DNA of 64,000 nucleotides, from the NCBI RefSeq assembly GCF_009914755.1, contig NC_060944.1; one strand, 5' to 3'. Positions 14,321-29,609 of this stretch are shown one piece after another. A program made the position numbers and the translations under genes. The DNA comes from the human T2T-CHM13v2.0 reference genome, Homo sapiens. How positions within the stretch are numbered: the first letter of the stretch is position 1; each line of letters starts with the position of its first letter. Under the pieces are notes generated by a model. The model had not been told where the DNA came from. It was given only the letters and a program-made list of their open reading frames with translations, and did no database searches.

Positions 14321-15154
14321 GGAATAGGAAAAAGAGTGGGCAGGATTTAAGTGGTGGCAGACACAGAGGCAAGAGGCCAGTGGGAGACTTGGAAATTGAA
14401 AGGGATATGAAATAGGCAAGCAACCCAGAGGAAATCCATGGTGGAAAATGAGACCAATGACTTGCAGAGGCCAAAAGCCTCTTCTACCTGTGCAGTTCTT
14501 AAGGCAGACTTGTATTTCTGAGGGAGGTGTTGGTATTTTACAGCTCAAATACCACCAAGGGTAATATAGTGGTTTGCTTGAAGGAGTTAAAATCTTACTA
14601 ACGGGGGAAAAAAAACGCTTTTCTGGAACTGGCCATTCCATCATAATGGTGGGTGACTGAGATCTTGTGATGCAGAAAGATTTCAACTGTTTCCACCACG
14701 TTCAAAGAGGGCATTGTTCATAGCATTTGAGTATTCCAAGCAGTTCAGGGTTTAATACCTTCAGGCATAAACACCTCTTTAAAAAATTTACCCATTATAT
14801 ATGGAAATCATTCTAAAATATATGTTTTATTACTTTGTCTTTTTAAGCAAAACCTACTTATGCTTATGTAATTTAATCTTTTCTTCCTGCATCAAGAGAA
14901 TCATTATACCTTTTAGTTTTTATGTCGTGTCATAATAGTGATGCTCTCGGGATCTATTAACAAATAAACGTCTGTTTGAGCTAGTCTGTTTGAATCCCAC
15001 ATATGCCTTTAAAGTTTTATTCTGTTTTCTCTCTTGCTTTTATTTGTCTTCTGATGTACTGTCAAACAAGTCACAAGTATTTATAAAGTAAAAGTAACTA
15101 GCCTCTGAATAAAGGCCCATAGAGCTCTCCTTATAGTTCAAACAACTTCACTCC

Positions 15155-15255
15155 AAACTTGTTGAGTGCCTAATATGTGACAGGCACTATGCTAAGTGCT
15201 CAGGATATAAAGATGAATAAAACCTCCATCCCCAAGGGCTGCACATGCTGATGAA
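15155..15255 (-). mobile_element. L2 3' end
   Basis: ttgttgagtgcctaatatgtgacaggcactatgctaagtgctcaggatataaagatgaataa. Confidence 0.75.
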
Positions 15256-16339
15256 TTATAAACTTCCCTGTGGATAATAGGCCTATAATTTCTTCTGTAA
15301 ACTTTGAGACACCTGTTTTCATTTTTTGCCAAGTGCTCTTTCTCAATTCCTGATTCTCAGCTGTATTTGTGCTACTTGAAGTTGATGAATATTTAAACTT
15401 CCAAGAGTTGAGAAATTCCTTTTGCACGTTAAATGGTGTTGCATGATAAGAATGAGCAGAGATAATACTGAGAGGAATCAGTGGCCATATAGAGATTCGA
15501 AAGACTCTACAAGGCTTTCAACTGGCATGGTGTTTAAATGTCTGACTTTTGTGATAGAGGTTTTTGGAGAAAATGGTTTTGTGAAACTCAACTTTACCTT
15601 TAACTCTACCTTTTTTTTTTCAAACAAAGATATAATAGACAATAATTTGTAACTATTTAAAAGATGTGGGTATACTGAGAGATAGAAAGAGAGCAGGGAA
15701 TCAGTGGTAAGGTGGGCCTGACTGAAGCTATAGGCCCACTGTTCTCTCGATCTGGAAATAAGCATGGATAGTCAGGAGTCTGGCTCTGGAGGGTGAGTGG
15801 TTATAGCACCAACTTATGTTTGGGGACTGAGTTAGCCTCCTTACATAAAATTGCGGTGGCATTGGCATTCCTCTGTCATGAAAAAGGCTCAGAAGAGACA
15901 GGATCAATGCTTAAAGCTCAGGGTTGGAGAGAGAGCCTTGCAACCAGGGCTGGACTAAGCCTTTTGCTGGTTCAGAAAATGTATTGTTTTGTGGGATAAG
16001 AGCCTTCAGCTGCCAATAGAAGGCTTAGTTCTAGATGTACCAGTCCTTCTTACAGAAGACGGGAGGGAGGCAACTTAAAAACCATTAGCCAGAGAGAAGG
16101 AAGCAAGCATCCTCTAAGAACACCAAGTCTTGTTAGTTTGGCTGGGGCTTTTCCACTTTTACCATGGGGAGTTCTACGCTCCAGGAACACTGTTAGTCCT
16201 GAGCAAATCGGGATGACCGGTAATCCTAACCTCCCCCAACCTTCAAAATAAATCTGAAAACTAAAACGCTGAAGCACACAAGAGTAACCAGTGCCAAGAC
16301 AGACACAGCCACAGCAATCATAACTCAGATTAACTCCTG

Positions 16340-17240
16340 ATAAGATGAAAATTGACTTCATAATAAACAAGTTTAAGGAAAGTAACAAAAGTTATAAAAC
16401 AAAGGCAGTCAGCTGTGTATTAAGGCGGATAAGTATAGAAAAATATTTTAGAAATCCTGGATATGAAATAAACACACAGTCATTGAAATTTAAAAATATT
16501 CTAGCTGGTTATTCACAGTAAAAGTAGGATTTGTGAATTGAATGATGTTACTGAGGAATTCACCCATAATGCTGCTTAGACTGGGTAAAGAGAATAAAAT
16601 CTTGGAAGAGAAATTAGGGTAATGAACAATAAACTGAAAGACCCCTAAATATATATAATTTTTTGTAAGGAGAGAAAAGAGGAATGGTTAAAAAAAACAT
16701 TAAAATGAATTATTACTGATGCTTTCAATAATGCCAGAAAGACATGAGTTTTCAGATTGAAAGTGCATACCAAGTATTGAGAAAATTACATCAAGTACAT
16801 TCAGAAAGATTAATTGAAGTTGCTGAGCATCAAGGATATGTGGAACACTTGAAAAGTTGCCAAAGAGGAAAAAAAAAGACGGATTACCTACAATGGAATG
16901 ACAATTAGGCTGATGGCTGACATCTCAGCTTCAAAACTAGATGCTTAACAACAAAGGAATAGTATTGTCAAAATGCAAAGAAAAAGAAACTAGAATTCCA
17001 TATTGAGCTAAACTGTCATTTAAAAGTGAGTATGAAATGAGAACATTTTCAGATGTGCAAAAACCCAACAGAGTTTGCCAAGAACATTCCCTCATTAAAG
17101 TTACTCCCTAGGAATTCGGTACCAGCTAAACTACCATTTGAAAGTGAGCATCAAATGTGCAAAAACCAAGAAAGTGTACCAGTCACACCCTTCAATGAAG
17201 ATACCATCTAAGAAGATGACCTTTTAAAGAAGCAACTGTG
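16340..17240 (+). mobile_element. Ancient L1M/HAL1 ORF1 remnant
   Basis: gaggaattcacccataatgc, gacatgagttttcagattgaaag, aggctgatggctgacatctcagc, agctaaactgtcatt. Confidence 0.7.
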
Positions 17241-17257
17241 AATAAGCAAATTCATAA

Positions 17258-17602
<345 letters not shown>

Positions 17603-17955
17603 GTATTGGTAAATATTATTAATATTTTTTAAAGGTGGAACTAAAATTCTGGATAAAAATGACAAGGAGAGGGCACGGAGGGTTACAGAGAAGGGCTCCA
17701 CAGGTGATTGCACCTATGGATTCTACCTATTGCACAGGCTATTGCACCTATGTCAACAATTGTAATATTGTTGACATCTCAAATATTTACTTGTTTTGCA
17801 TTCAGAAAAGACCTTTGAAAAATGCTTGACTGTCTTCACTTTCTTTTAAGCAAGGGAGATTTGAGAGAAGACAAATCTTTTATCAGATTATTTCCAGTCA
17901 GGCTGGGAGAGGAAAGTGGAAAAAGGGTAAGAAATGGCAAGTATGAAAGATTTTG

Positions 17956-18264
17956 GGCCAGGTGCAGTGGCTCACATCCATAATCCCAGCACTTGGAAGG
18001 TCAAGGCAGGTGGATCACCTGAGGTCAGGAGTTCGAGACCAGCCTGGCCAACAGGGCGAAACCCTCTCTCTAATAAAAATACAAAAATTAGCTGGGCGTG
18101 GTGGCACGTGCCTGTAGTCCCAGCTACATGGAAGGCTGAGGCAGGAGGATCACTTGAACCCAGGAGGCAGAGGTTGCAGTGAGATCACGCACCACTACAC
18201 TCCAGCCTGGGTGACAGAGCAAGACTCTGTCTCAAAAAAAAAAAAAAAAAGAGAGAAAAGACAA
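17956..18264 (+). mobile_element. AluS (Sx/Sz-like), full length
   Basis: ggccaggtgcagtggctcac...poly(A); TSD gaaagattttg at 17945-17955 and 18265-18275. Confidence 0.97.
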
Positions 18265-19089
18265 GAAAGATTTTGGACAACCTCTAAACTTGTCTAGGTC
18301 TTCATGATCTGGTGTCAGGGTTCTATTTGACATAGAATTCCTGAAAAGCTTGGCACACACATATTAAAATGTTAGAACATATTTGAATATCAAATTTAAA
18401 TAATTGTTGCTTATTTATTACTTGGGGTTATTCAAATTTTGTTTTTTTTTTAAATATAAATGCTTGAGAATTGACAGTAGTGTTTTTTCTCCAAAGGACT
18501 TAAGAATGAAAAGTTTAGAAGTATGTCAACATTGTGACAGAAGGCATTAATTGATGCCCAAGCATGACCCTAACATGATTTCATATGTTTTGATGTCATC
18601 TCTTTCTTTAAGCTGCACAGTATGTTAAAGTAAAAGCTTCTGTTTGAATTGAGTGAACACAGAGCTTCAGTTTTTCTTTTTTACCATATATGTATAGTTG
18701 AATACTGATATAGTCTCTCATTCATTTTTGTACTGTTTCTCAATATCTGATTGCCAAAAGAAAGAGATTTCTTATAAAATAGGCTTCAGACCACAGGGCT
18801 TGGATTTTAAGATTACATTTTTTTAAATGAGGAGAGAGTGGTAGTTCTGTGAATAAAGTAGCAAGAATAAAAAGGAAGAGACCAAAGATGACATTTTGAA
18901 GGAAGTAATTGCCTTGGCATGGCGGTTTTGAGCCCACATTGTTAAGTGGTTTCTGGCATGATATGTGATTTTCCTATGTGATATCCTGAATGTTTACCAG
19001 AAAAATTAAAGACACATGCTAAGAAGTCAAGGCAAACCTGTGAGAATGAAGCAGACTTTTTCATTTGCTCATTCATTAAATGTGGATTT

Positions 19090-19220
19090 ATGTGCACACA
19101 CAGGCACTCATATATGTATACATAATACGTACACTTATAATGTGTATATATACTCCTTAAATATATGTATGTACACATGTGTATATATCTATGTGTGTAT
19201 ATATATACACACACACACAC
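19090..19220. repeat. Imperfect (TA)/(TG)/(CA) alternating microsatellite
   Basis: Directly visible. Confidence 0.9.
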
Positions 19221-19538
19221 CCCTCTTTCTCTCTCTCCTCTCTTTTCCTCTCCCCCCTCCCTTCCTCTCTCCCCTCTTTTTTTCTCCACCGCCATCTCCA
19301 GTCTTTCCCCCTTCTCTCTCTCTCCTCTTTCCTCCCTTTCTCCCTCTCTCCCTGACTCGCTCCCTTCCTCCTCCTCTCCCACTCCCTTCTTTTTCTCTCT
19401 GCCTCTTCTTCCACTTTTCCTCTCCCCTTCTCTTTCTTCTTCTCTCTCTTGTCTCCCTTTCTCTTTCCCTCTGTCTCTCTCTCCCCATCCTCCCTCTCTC
19501 TCCCTCCCCTTCTCCCTCTCTCTCTTTCTCTCTGTCTC
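19221..19538. repeat. ~320-bp CT-rich polypyrimidine/polypurine tract
   Basis: Almost exclusively C/T on + strand. Confidence 0.95.
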
Positions 19539-19779
19539 TGTAGTATTATGTTGTCCTAAATTCTGTGAGGTGCTAAAGGAAGTAATACAACATATCTACT
19601 CTTAAGAGCTTATTTTATGTCAGGAAAGAAAAGGGTATGTTAACATATTGCTATGTAAGCAAAAAAAACCCATTTATTATAATACTAATATTTATGATGA
19701 TGATAATATAAGGGATGACAGGAAGAGTATATGATTCAGACCCAAAAGAACAATATAAATAAGCACATTTTCAAAAGTT

Positions 19780-20250
19780 ATTAAAAAGAAGAGGCAATGA
19801 GAGTTAGAGACATTTGAGGAAGTTGTAGAGGAAGAAAAGGAACACTCAGTGGGGGAAGTGGTGAGACCAAATGTGCTGAGGCTGAAATGGCCTTGGTGTG
19901 CTTGGGAGACAGTGAGTACGTGAATCTGCCTGCAGAAGTTGGGAGTGGGGGGAATATTATTAGGATTATTAGGAAGGTAAGCTGAGAACATAATGTCAAG
20001 AGTCTTAAATGCTGGCTAATAAGTATCTTAGAAAGTTACTTGAGCAGGAAAGTGATGCAATAAGGTCCTATTTAATTGACAGCTGATTATAGAATGGACT
20101 GGCAGGGGAGTGTCTAGAAGTAATATCAATTGTAAATCATCCAAACAAGAGCTTAAAAGAACCTGGCCTGTAGGTGTCATGGCATATATGAAAAAAAAGA
20201 GACACACAGAGAGAAGTAAGGAGACAATAGTTGACAGTTCTGAGTTAAGG
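19780..20250 (-). mobile_element. L2 fragments
   Basis: gaaatggccttggtgtgcttgggagacag, ttgagcaggaaagtgatgcaat, ctgattatagaatggactgg. Confidence 0.6.
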
Positions 20251-20327
20251 CCAAGTTGGTGCAAAAGTAATCGTGGTTTTGGACTGTGAATTTTAAATCA
20301 CTATAACCAGACTCAAACACATCTTTA

Positions 20328-21679
<1,352 letters not shown>

Positions 21680-21997
21680 AGTCTAAAATAAACATAAAAT
21701 AAAAAGCAAGTAATGTCATTATCAAAAAAAATGAAGTGAGAAATCCTCATTAAAATGATGTATAACATAACCACATTTTTTAAAGAATGTATTCCCATAT
21801 CAAACAGCAAATTTCAACAACGCAAAAACTGTAATTACTTTTGTACCAACCTAATATAATGGGCAAAAAAGGAGAGAGAATCATAGATAACTCTGTGGAG
21901 TTTGCAAACCTGGCTGAGCTGATTTTAGTAATGGCAGATGATGAGTCAGACTTAGTAAACTAGAACATCCTTTTTGTCAACATTATTGGAAAATACA

Positions 21998-22196
21998 TTT
22001 TTTTTAATACTTTAAGTTTTAGGGTACATGTGCACAACGTGCAGGTTTGTTACATATATATACCTGTGCCATGTTGGTGTGCTGCACCCATTAACTTGTC
22101 ATTGAACATTAGGTATATCTCCTAATGCTATCCCTCCCCCCTCTCCCCACCCCACAACAGGCCCCAGTGTGTGATGTTCCCCTTCCTGTGTCCATG
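21998..22196 (-). mobile_element. L1PA (PA4/5-like) 3'-terminal ~200 bp
   Basis: tactttaagttttagggtacatgtgcacaacgtgcaggtttgttacat...gatgttccccttcctgtgtccatg. Confidence 0.93.
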
Positions 22197-22411
22197 GAAA
22201 TGTAAAATTATTTGGTTTAATTACAAATACTTCTTAAGGAGTTGTGTGCCAGGCAAGAGTGCTTCAAACATGATGAATCAGAGTCTCAAGGTTTATAAAC
22301 AGATTTTTACAAATAAGATGTTTTGGGAAGCTTCACACTAGTTTAGAATACCTTAACAGAAGAGAATTTGATTATGTATTTGAATGATTCCTCCAAAGCA
22401 TTCCAACAGAA

Positions 22412-22614
22412 TGGGATAACTGTCCAAAAAAACTTTCTGCAATGATGGAAATGTTCTTTATCTATGCTGTCAAATATGATCTCCACTAGTCCCATGTGGC
22501 TTTTGAGCACTGCAAATGTGTCTAGTGCAACTGAGAAACTGGATTTTACATTTAACTTAAATGCAAATTTAAAAATCCTCTCATGACCAGTGGCTACGAT
22601 ATTGGACAGTGCAA
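22412..22614 (+). mobile_element. MER3 (hAT-Charlie)
   Basis: ctgtccaaaaaaactttctgcaatgatggaaatgttct...gtggctacgatattggacagtgc. Confidence 0.85.
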
Positions 22615-22759
22615 TGCTAAAGGATCTCTAAGTCATCATGTTTGACAATATGTGGTTGCCCTTTTAGTTCAGGGAAGATGTTTGCTTTAGCATGTGTGAT
22701 TGAAATTCAAATTTAACTTGGCAACAAAAATTGCCATTTGAAAATAAATTGTCTATTTA

Positions 22760-23100
22760 CTGACTCAACAAATATTTATTTATTGTCTATCGGCTTCTAA
22801 GGTTAATGTTTGCTGCAGTGGTGGAAACATGGTTGTGGTCCAGCCCTCATGTGGCTCACAACGAGGGAAGGCATTAAAACAAAATCACACACTTGCAAAT
22901 TGAGATGAGCACCATATAGCAGAATAAAACTCCAGTAAAAGACTATAATGGTGTTCTTAAGTTGGAGATGGTGGGAAAAGGCAGCATTTCAGCAGAAATA
23001 AGGAATTAGCTAGGAAAGAGTAAAGGTAGGAACATTTCTAGCAAAGGGCAGTCTTAACCTGTCCGAAAGCATGTTATGTCTAAGGAACTGGAAGAAGGGC
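22760..23100 (-). mobile_element. L2 3' region
   Basis: actcaacaaatatttatt, cagccctcatgtggctcaca, aggaattagctagg, aacatttctagcaaagg. Confidence 0.6.
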
Positions 23101-23321
23101 TTTAGAGCATACATGACTTATATTTATCCTAGGGAAAGAAAGTAGAGTCTATCTTAGGTTAAAATGTGGTATCTGTGAACTATTTCTTCAAAATGTGCAG
23201 CTTTACACATTTCTAACTATCCTTAGATATACTACAGCATTTTATTCTCTCCTTTCTCTTGCAAAAACAGGAAAGTTCTGAGTAATGCACTGAGTATTGT
23301 TCTCAATCTTCACTACCTGTC

Positions 23322-23755
23322 TGTTATGGAATTACGTGCTCAGTCTCTATGCCATGGGACATCGTACTATTTCCCCCTAGAACATCTGGAGTGTATTTCT
23401 CCACTCCATTGTTACAGGGCTTGGCCACATGACTTGTTTTTACTAAAGGAGTGGGACTCAGCATGATGTAAGCCTAGGGTAAAAATGTGCTTACAATATT
23501 TGGCTTGACCTCTTCCACTTCTTTCATCCTCCATGAAGGGAACCTGTCCTGTTTATATGCTGGTTAACCATGAGGTAAAAACTTAAACTCAGCTGGCAGC
23601 CAAAGCTAAATACAGTGAATCTGAGATGAGATCAGATTAGCCCCTGCCATCCTACAGACATTAAAGTGAAACAAAAGAAAGGTTTGATATGAACCACTGA
23701 GTTAATTGGGTTATTTGTTATGCAGCATAATTACAACAGAAAGCTGACTAATACA
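23322..23755 (+). mobile_element. MLT1 (MLT1H-like) solo LTR
   Basis: gggcttggccacatgacttg ... ccactgag...ttatttgttatgcagcat...agctgactaataca. Confidence 0.8.
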
Positions 23756-25069
23756 GAGAGATGTTCTTTATCTTCACTGGTTCATTGGCTAATTATCTAC
23801 CAAAATACAACAGTGCTTGAAGTTTTAGTTTTTCTTTCTCTTTGTTAAAAGAATTTTAGTCATAGAATGAAGAACTTGAGGCTGAGTGTTTTTTGAGGGT
23901 TATTTGAAGCAATGAGTGTCTCATACTAGTTTTACTTAGGTGGCCTTGGTGATTACTTTGATGTAATTATTTTAGAGTGACTTGTGGATAATGAGGGAGG
24001 CAGAATACATGTGACATGTCTTCCCCATCCTGCAAATGTTATTCATTTAACAAAGTCAGCAGATACACTGGGGAAATATGAATGATATAGCTCTCCTCAG
24101 ATAATTCTCACAGCCTAGCAGAGGAAATGAACAATTAAGTAAATTATTAAGATAAAGCATGAGAAATATAAAGGTGTAAGGGTGCCCTGAGGATCACTCA
24201 AAAGTCATTCCTTCGAGACATTTTTGCTTTTCTTAAATAAGTCAATGTAACTGAATAGTATATCATAAGTGTTTGCAATTATTTTTTCTAATTATTTTCT
24301 TCCTGAACACAGTTTAGCCCCTTTCTTCAGCTCTCAGAAGCTTCAGTATCTTGGTCCTCACTTCCCCACCCTTGTACCCACACATGTATTTTCAAGTTGG
24401 CTGAAACATTTGATGCTACTTCAGTTTGTACCTAATAATTTTCATCCATAATTCCCCTTAACTCAAGTCTCATAATGGGATTTTAGGGTTTCTACCTCTA
24501 GTTATTATTTCTGACAAAGAAATGTGGAACCCATCTTCTTCATTTATAAAAACATCACTGTGATTATATTCCACGGAATGGATAATTCTTTAATTTGATA
24601 TGACATAATTGATCAAGTGTGTCTGTGACTCTTTCACATGAGGTTTGTAAGTCTTTGCTAATTTACTTTTCTTGTGTCAGCTATTCATAGACTATTCCTT
24701 AAGGTTTAGGAGTTTGCACAAAATGTTTTTTTTAAAAGATCTTACATAAACCATTTATAAACTTTGACATAAATTCTGTTGAAATGAAATGAAATAAAAG
24801 CCTAGTAATATCCTACTGAATTGTAGGCTAATGATGGAAGAGGAAAAGTATGTGAGGCAAAGTAATTTCTTAACTATTTTTAGTTTTTGACAAGATCCCC
24901 TTAGGGGATCTCTTTTGTCTTGTTACCTACATAATTTGGGTGGAACACATAGATCTGGAGAAGCTAGGAAGAAATACCAAAGGCTTGGATCAGTGATCAG
25001 CTTCTTATATGACACCATCTGATTTCCCTGTCTTCTTTAATCATGATGGGCCCATTCTTTGTTGGAAGC

Positions 25070-26075
25070 AGCATAAAGTTGAATTTTGCTTTTATATTCA
25101 GTCTGCCAATGTCTCTCTTTTGACTGGGAGTTTAGATCATCCACACTCAAAGTGATTACCAGTATGATTGTATTAAAATCTACTATCTTCTTGTTTCTAT
25201 TTTTCCATATGCTGTTTTTTAGTTTCCTTTTTTTCTTTCTCTTAAGTTAATTAAATCTTCTTATGATTTCATTTTATGTCCTCTATTGACTTGTTATTTA
25301 TATCTCCTGTTACCTTTTTTTATTTTGTGATTGCCCTGGGGTTAACAACATACATTTTAATTAATCTGAGCCTGCCTTCAAGCAATATTATACCACTTCA
25401 TATGCAGTATGAAGAACACTATATTCCCAATTCATCTTTCTCATGGAGAAATGAAGACATGCTAATACTGCCATATGTTTTACTTTTACATATGCTATAA
25501 ATGTACATAAATTGTCACTATTTTTGCATTAGTTTTCTCATATAGCAATTACAAGTAAGAAAAAATTATTTTACCTTCATTTATTCCATTTCAAGTGCTT
25601 TTTCTTTCTTTGTTTAGAGCTGTTTTAACTGTTATTATATCACTTTCTGTAATATTTCTTGTAGAGTATTTCGATAACAATGAATTCTCTTAGTTTTTGT
25701 CTAAGAAAGTTTTTCTTCCTTCTTCACTTTTGAAAGGTATTTTTTCTGGGTTTGGAATTCTAATCAGACAGGATTTTTGTTTCAGCACTTTACAGATGCC
25801 ACTCCTTTGTCTTCTTGCTTGCATGGTTTATGATGAGAAATCTTATCTTTATTCTACTGCAGACAATGTGTCTTTTTCCTCTGGCTGCCTTTAATATTTT
25901 CTCTTTATATGCGATTTTCAGCAGTTTGAATATGATTTCCCCAGCATTGTGTTTGTGTATAGGTGTGTGAGTGTATGTTGGTATTTATCTTGCTAGATGT
26001 TCTCTGAGCTTATTGAGTCTGTTTTTTGGTGTCTTATATCAGTTTTGGAAAATACTCAGGGAATAGTTACTCAAA
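25070..26075 (-). mobile_element. Old L1M ORF1/inter-ORF/ORF2-start fragments
   Basis: cagcataaagttg, ttcacttttgaaaggtatttt, ttcagcactttacagatgccactcc, tttcagcagtttgaatatgat. Confidence 0.75.
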
Positions 26076-26089
26076 AAATTTTAAAAAAT

Positions 26090-28590
26090 CTAAAATTTAT
26101 GGTGACCTCAGATTGGCATTCCTCCCAAGTATCTGGTGTTAGCAAACTCAAATATTCTCTGGAAAAAGGACATTTTATCAGGCCCATCAGATAAATACTT
26201 CCCATTATGAAGTTCCTAGAAGCATGAATTTAACACCAAAAATCACCAAATGGATGAGAGAAAAAGCTACCATCAGGGAGGCCAGAGGATCATAAGGATA
26301 AGAATGAGAACAAGGGACTGTCAAAATGACCAGGCAAAATTTTTCAACTGAATTCAACTGAAATATATAATAATTGAACCTGTAAACTTAATGAAATGCT
26401 AAACAATATCATGTATTGTTGTAGAAAAAATAAACTAGAATCTAAAAATAAATAAGTGACACAGATAAAATGATAGAAAATATACAAAAGATAGAAGAAA
26501 AGGATTAAAGAATGAAAATATCTAATATGCTTATAAATGGATTTCTAGAATAATAAAACAGGAATAATGGAACAAAGGCAATATTTGAAGAGATAATGAC
26601 TATTTTCCACAATCGATGTAAGGCATGAATTATCAGTTTCACAAAGCCCAGTGAATCTCAAGTAGAATAAATAGAAGGCAACCTATAGTTAGACACATTA
26701 TTATAAAACTGCAAGACCAAAGACAAGAAAATTATTTTAAAAGCAACCAAGGAAAAAGGGGAAACTACTTACAAATGCCAAAAATAAGGTTACAAACTGA
26801 CTTTTGACAGCAACAATACGAAACAGAAAACCATAGAATGATATCTTCAACTTTCTGAGAGAAAATTACTGCCAATCTAAAACTGAATATCCTATAAACC
26901 CATCTGTGTAGGACAAAGAAAAAAAATCAACATAAAAATGTTACTTATAAATTTCAATTAAAATTTCTAAAATATGCCTTTCTGGAAAAGTAAAAATCTC
27001 AAGTAGAAGCTATTTTGATGCAAACAACTGCATGCCAAAAATATGGTACATGTTTATCTAAATAAACATTTACTACATAAATAAATATCTAATTTATAGG
27101 TTAGAAAAATAAGATAAAACTAAAGTGTTGAATAAGAAATGTGAAAAGAGAAATAAGTGGCAAATAATTTTAAGGCACTGTTTTGGTCTCATGGAAAAAT
27201 ATACTGATTTACTATATTATATTGAATTACATTTTCTTATTCAGTATTTTAGGGCAATCCCTAAAGAGAAAAACTAATAGGGGAAAAAATCCAATGGTGA
27301 AAAATTAATAGTAAAGAAGGTAAGAAAAGAAAGGGGGAAATGAAAACATAAAAGCACAAAATAAGATAGTAGTAATAAATCCAAATACACCAACAATTAA
27401 ATAAATGGTTTTAGCCAATTCAAAAATAATAGTCTGAACTGGGCATGTTGTCACATGTCTGTAGTCTCAGCTATTCAGAAGGCTGAGATGGGAGAATTGC
27501 TTGAGCCAAGGCATTCACCTGGGCAACATAGCAAGACCTAGTCTCTCTAAAAAAATATGTGTAGAAAACAGAAACCGGCAATATATTGCCTCCGTATGAT
27601 GTAATTACAATTTAAGAGCATAGGAAGTTTAAAAAAGTGGATGGAAGATGTATTAGGCAAACACTAAGCAAAATCAACTATGAATATGGCAACAGAAGAA
27701 AAATAAATAAGTGGTGCAAAGATTGGAAAGGAAGAACCAAATATATCATTGTCCATAGATGCTATGATTGTCTACTGGAAAATCCAAAAGAAACAATAGA
27801 AAAATGATTAGAATTAATAAGAGCTTAACAAAGATGCTGGATGCCAAATTAATACATAAAGTAATTGACATTTCTATAGATTAACAGAAAATAAAAAATA
27901 AAATTCAAAAGGTGACTTTTAACATAGTAATTCTGTCTATGTATGTGAGTATATATCTCTTTATCCCTCAATCATTCTGTCTATCTCTACTATCTATTCT
28001 GGATGATAGATGATATCATATAGGATAGTTGGAATTAAACGTAAATTCAGTAAGGAACCTTTTGAAGAAAAGTATACAATTTTATTGAAAGACATTAAAG
28101 AAAAAACTATGTAGAGAATATACTATGTTTGTGGAAGGGAAGTTTTGATATTTTAAAGATATCAAGTCTCCACCAAATAATCTACAGATCCTGTACTGTT
28201 CTGATGAAAACACAGTAAGCTATTTTGCAGAACTTTACAAGCTGTTTCTAAACTTTGTATGGAAGAGCAAAGGGTTAAGAATAGCCAGGAGACTCCTAAA
28301 GAATATAAATAAGGTGTGCGTGGACGGGTGTGGTGGGGTGGAGTGAGGACTTACCCTTTAAAATATCAAGATTTATTGTAGAACTACTTAATTTATACAC
28401 AGTGGTATGTTACAAGGATAAACAAGGAGAAAAACATGATGAGAATGTGGAAGAATTCATATAAAGTCCTATATATAAAACAGAGCTGTCAATGGATATC
28501 AGTGAGAATGGAATGAATTATTCACTGAGACAATCAGCTATCCATAAGGAAAAAGAAAAACAAGTTGTATCCTTAACTTCACACCATGAA
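26090..28590 (+). mobile_element. Old L1ME-type element, ORF1 plus deleted ORF2 fragments
   Basis: aaaggcaatatttgaagagataatgact, gaatgatatcttcaac, tccatagatgctatgattgtctac (degenerate FADD region), ttattgaaagacattaaaga. Confidence 0.75.
27437..27556 (+). mobile_element. FLAM Alu monomer
   Basis: ctgtagtctcagctattcagaaggctgag...cctgggcaacatagcaagacc. Confidence 0.8.
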
Positions 28591-29609
28591 AAATTGCTTA
28601 TTTTGTAGCTTCTACTACTTCTGAGAGGCTTTCTCCTTCACAGTGACCAATGGGACAATGACAAATGTCTTTACTTTTATTCAAGATAAGAGGTTTTCCT
28701 AGAGAGTCATAGTGGAAGCACGCTAAATAAACTGAAGCTACTAAAGAGTAGTAAGCTTTTTAGTAGACAGCAGTTGGTTGTCACATAAAGGGCATTTACA
28801 AATACAGGATTCAATTCCCTGGTGATTGTAATATTTTGGAACGCTGGTCACTTCTAAGTACATGGCCTTTCCTTTAAGGAAAGCTTAAGTGGTAATGTTG
28901 CTGGTTTACCAAGTGAATTCTGGCAAGTCTTACAAGTATATTTGTAAACTGTAATTATATTATTGAATGTGAAGCTGTACAATTCGCTGCTTTGAAAATA
29001 ATACTTAGGTAAAAAGCTATCCTCTCTTCTTCTACTAAGTATTGGCTGGAATTGGAGGAGTGATTTTTTTTCTTGCCTGGTTGGTGAATTCAAGTGCAAG
29101 TTTTGTTTTGTTGGAGGCTGACATTTTCTCAGAGGAGGTAAGAAATGTTTAATCTCTGTAAGGTACATATAAGACCTCAGAAGCTTCTCTTGACTATGTA
29201 ACAAGCCATTTATGGTGTGGGAGAAGGAGACAATTTGTCAAAGATATTGGAAACACTCAAAGGAAGGAAGAACCAAAACCTGACCAAGATAAATGTTGGA
29301 CAAACCCTGTTTTGAGTTCCACCTGGCTGAGGTAAGGAGATTTTTAATAAGTGGTCTAGTGAAGAGTGAAATAATGAATAGGAGATGTCTAGTCTTTTTA
29401 GGAATTAAAAAAAGTTCATTCAAATACAGTACACAACACAAATCATAAAAATTCAATTCAGTTTTTACCATAAGCCTAATAGACATGGTACTCAAATATA
29501 CTTCTCAGCTACATGTATTTATGATATCTTTATGCATCACCTCTGGGGATAGCCTGCAACAGAACCATCTGGGGTGTTTTTTATTGCATCCATATTTTAG
29601 TCATAATTA

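Noticed and set aside
14291-14686. 131-aa minus-strand ORF (also 28854-29204 and 16050-16388)
   Set aside because: No recognisable domain; lengths compatible with chance.
18942-19605. Overlapping ORFs up to 175 aa
   Set aside because: Artefacts of stop-poor CT/GA and TA/CA low-complexity sequence.
24893-24911. Short palindromes (agatcccct-t-aggggatct; also 40635-40648 and ~43912-43928)
   Set aside because: Arms of 7-9 bp are expected by chance in 64 kb.
25070-28590. Possible single inverted L1 (minus then plus)
   Set aside because: Both parts cover ORF1-region sequence and look like separate old elements placed back to back.
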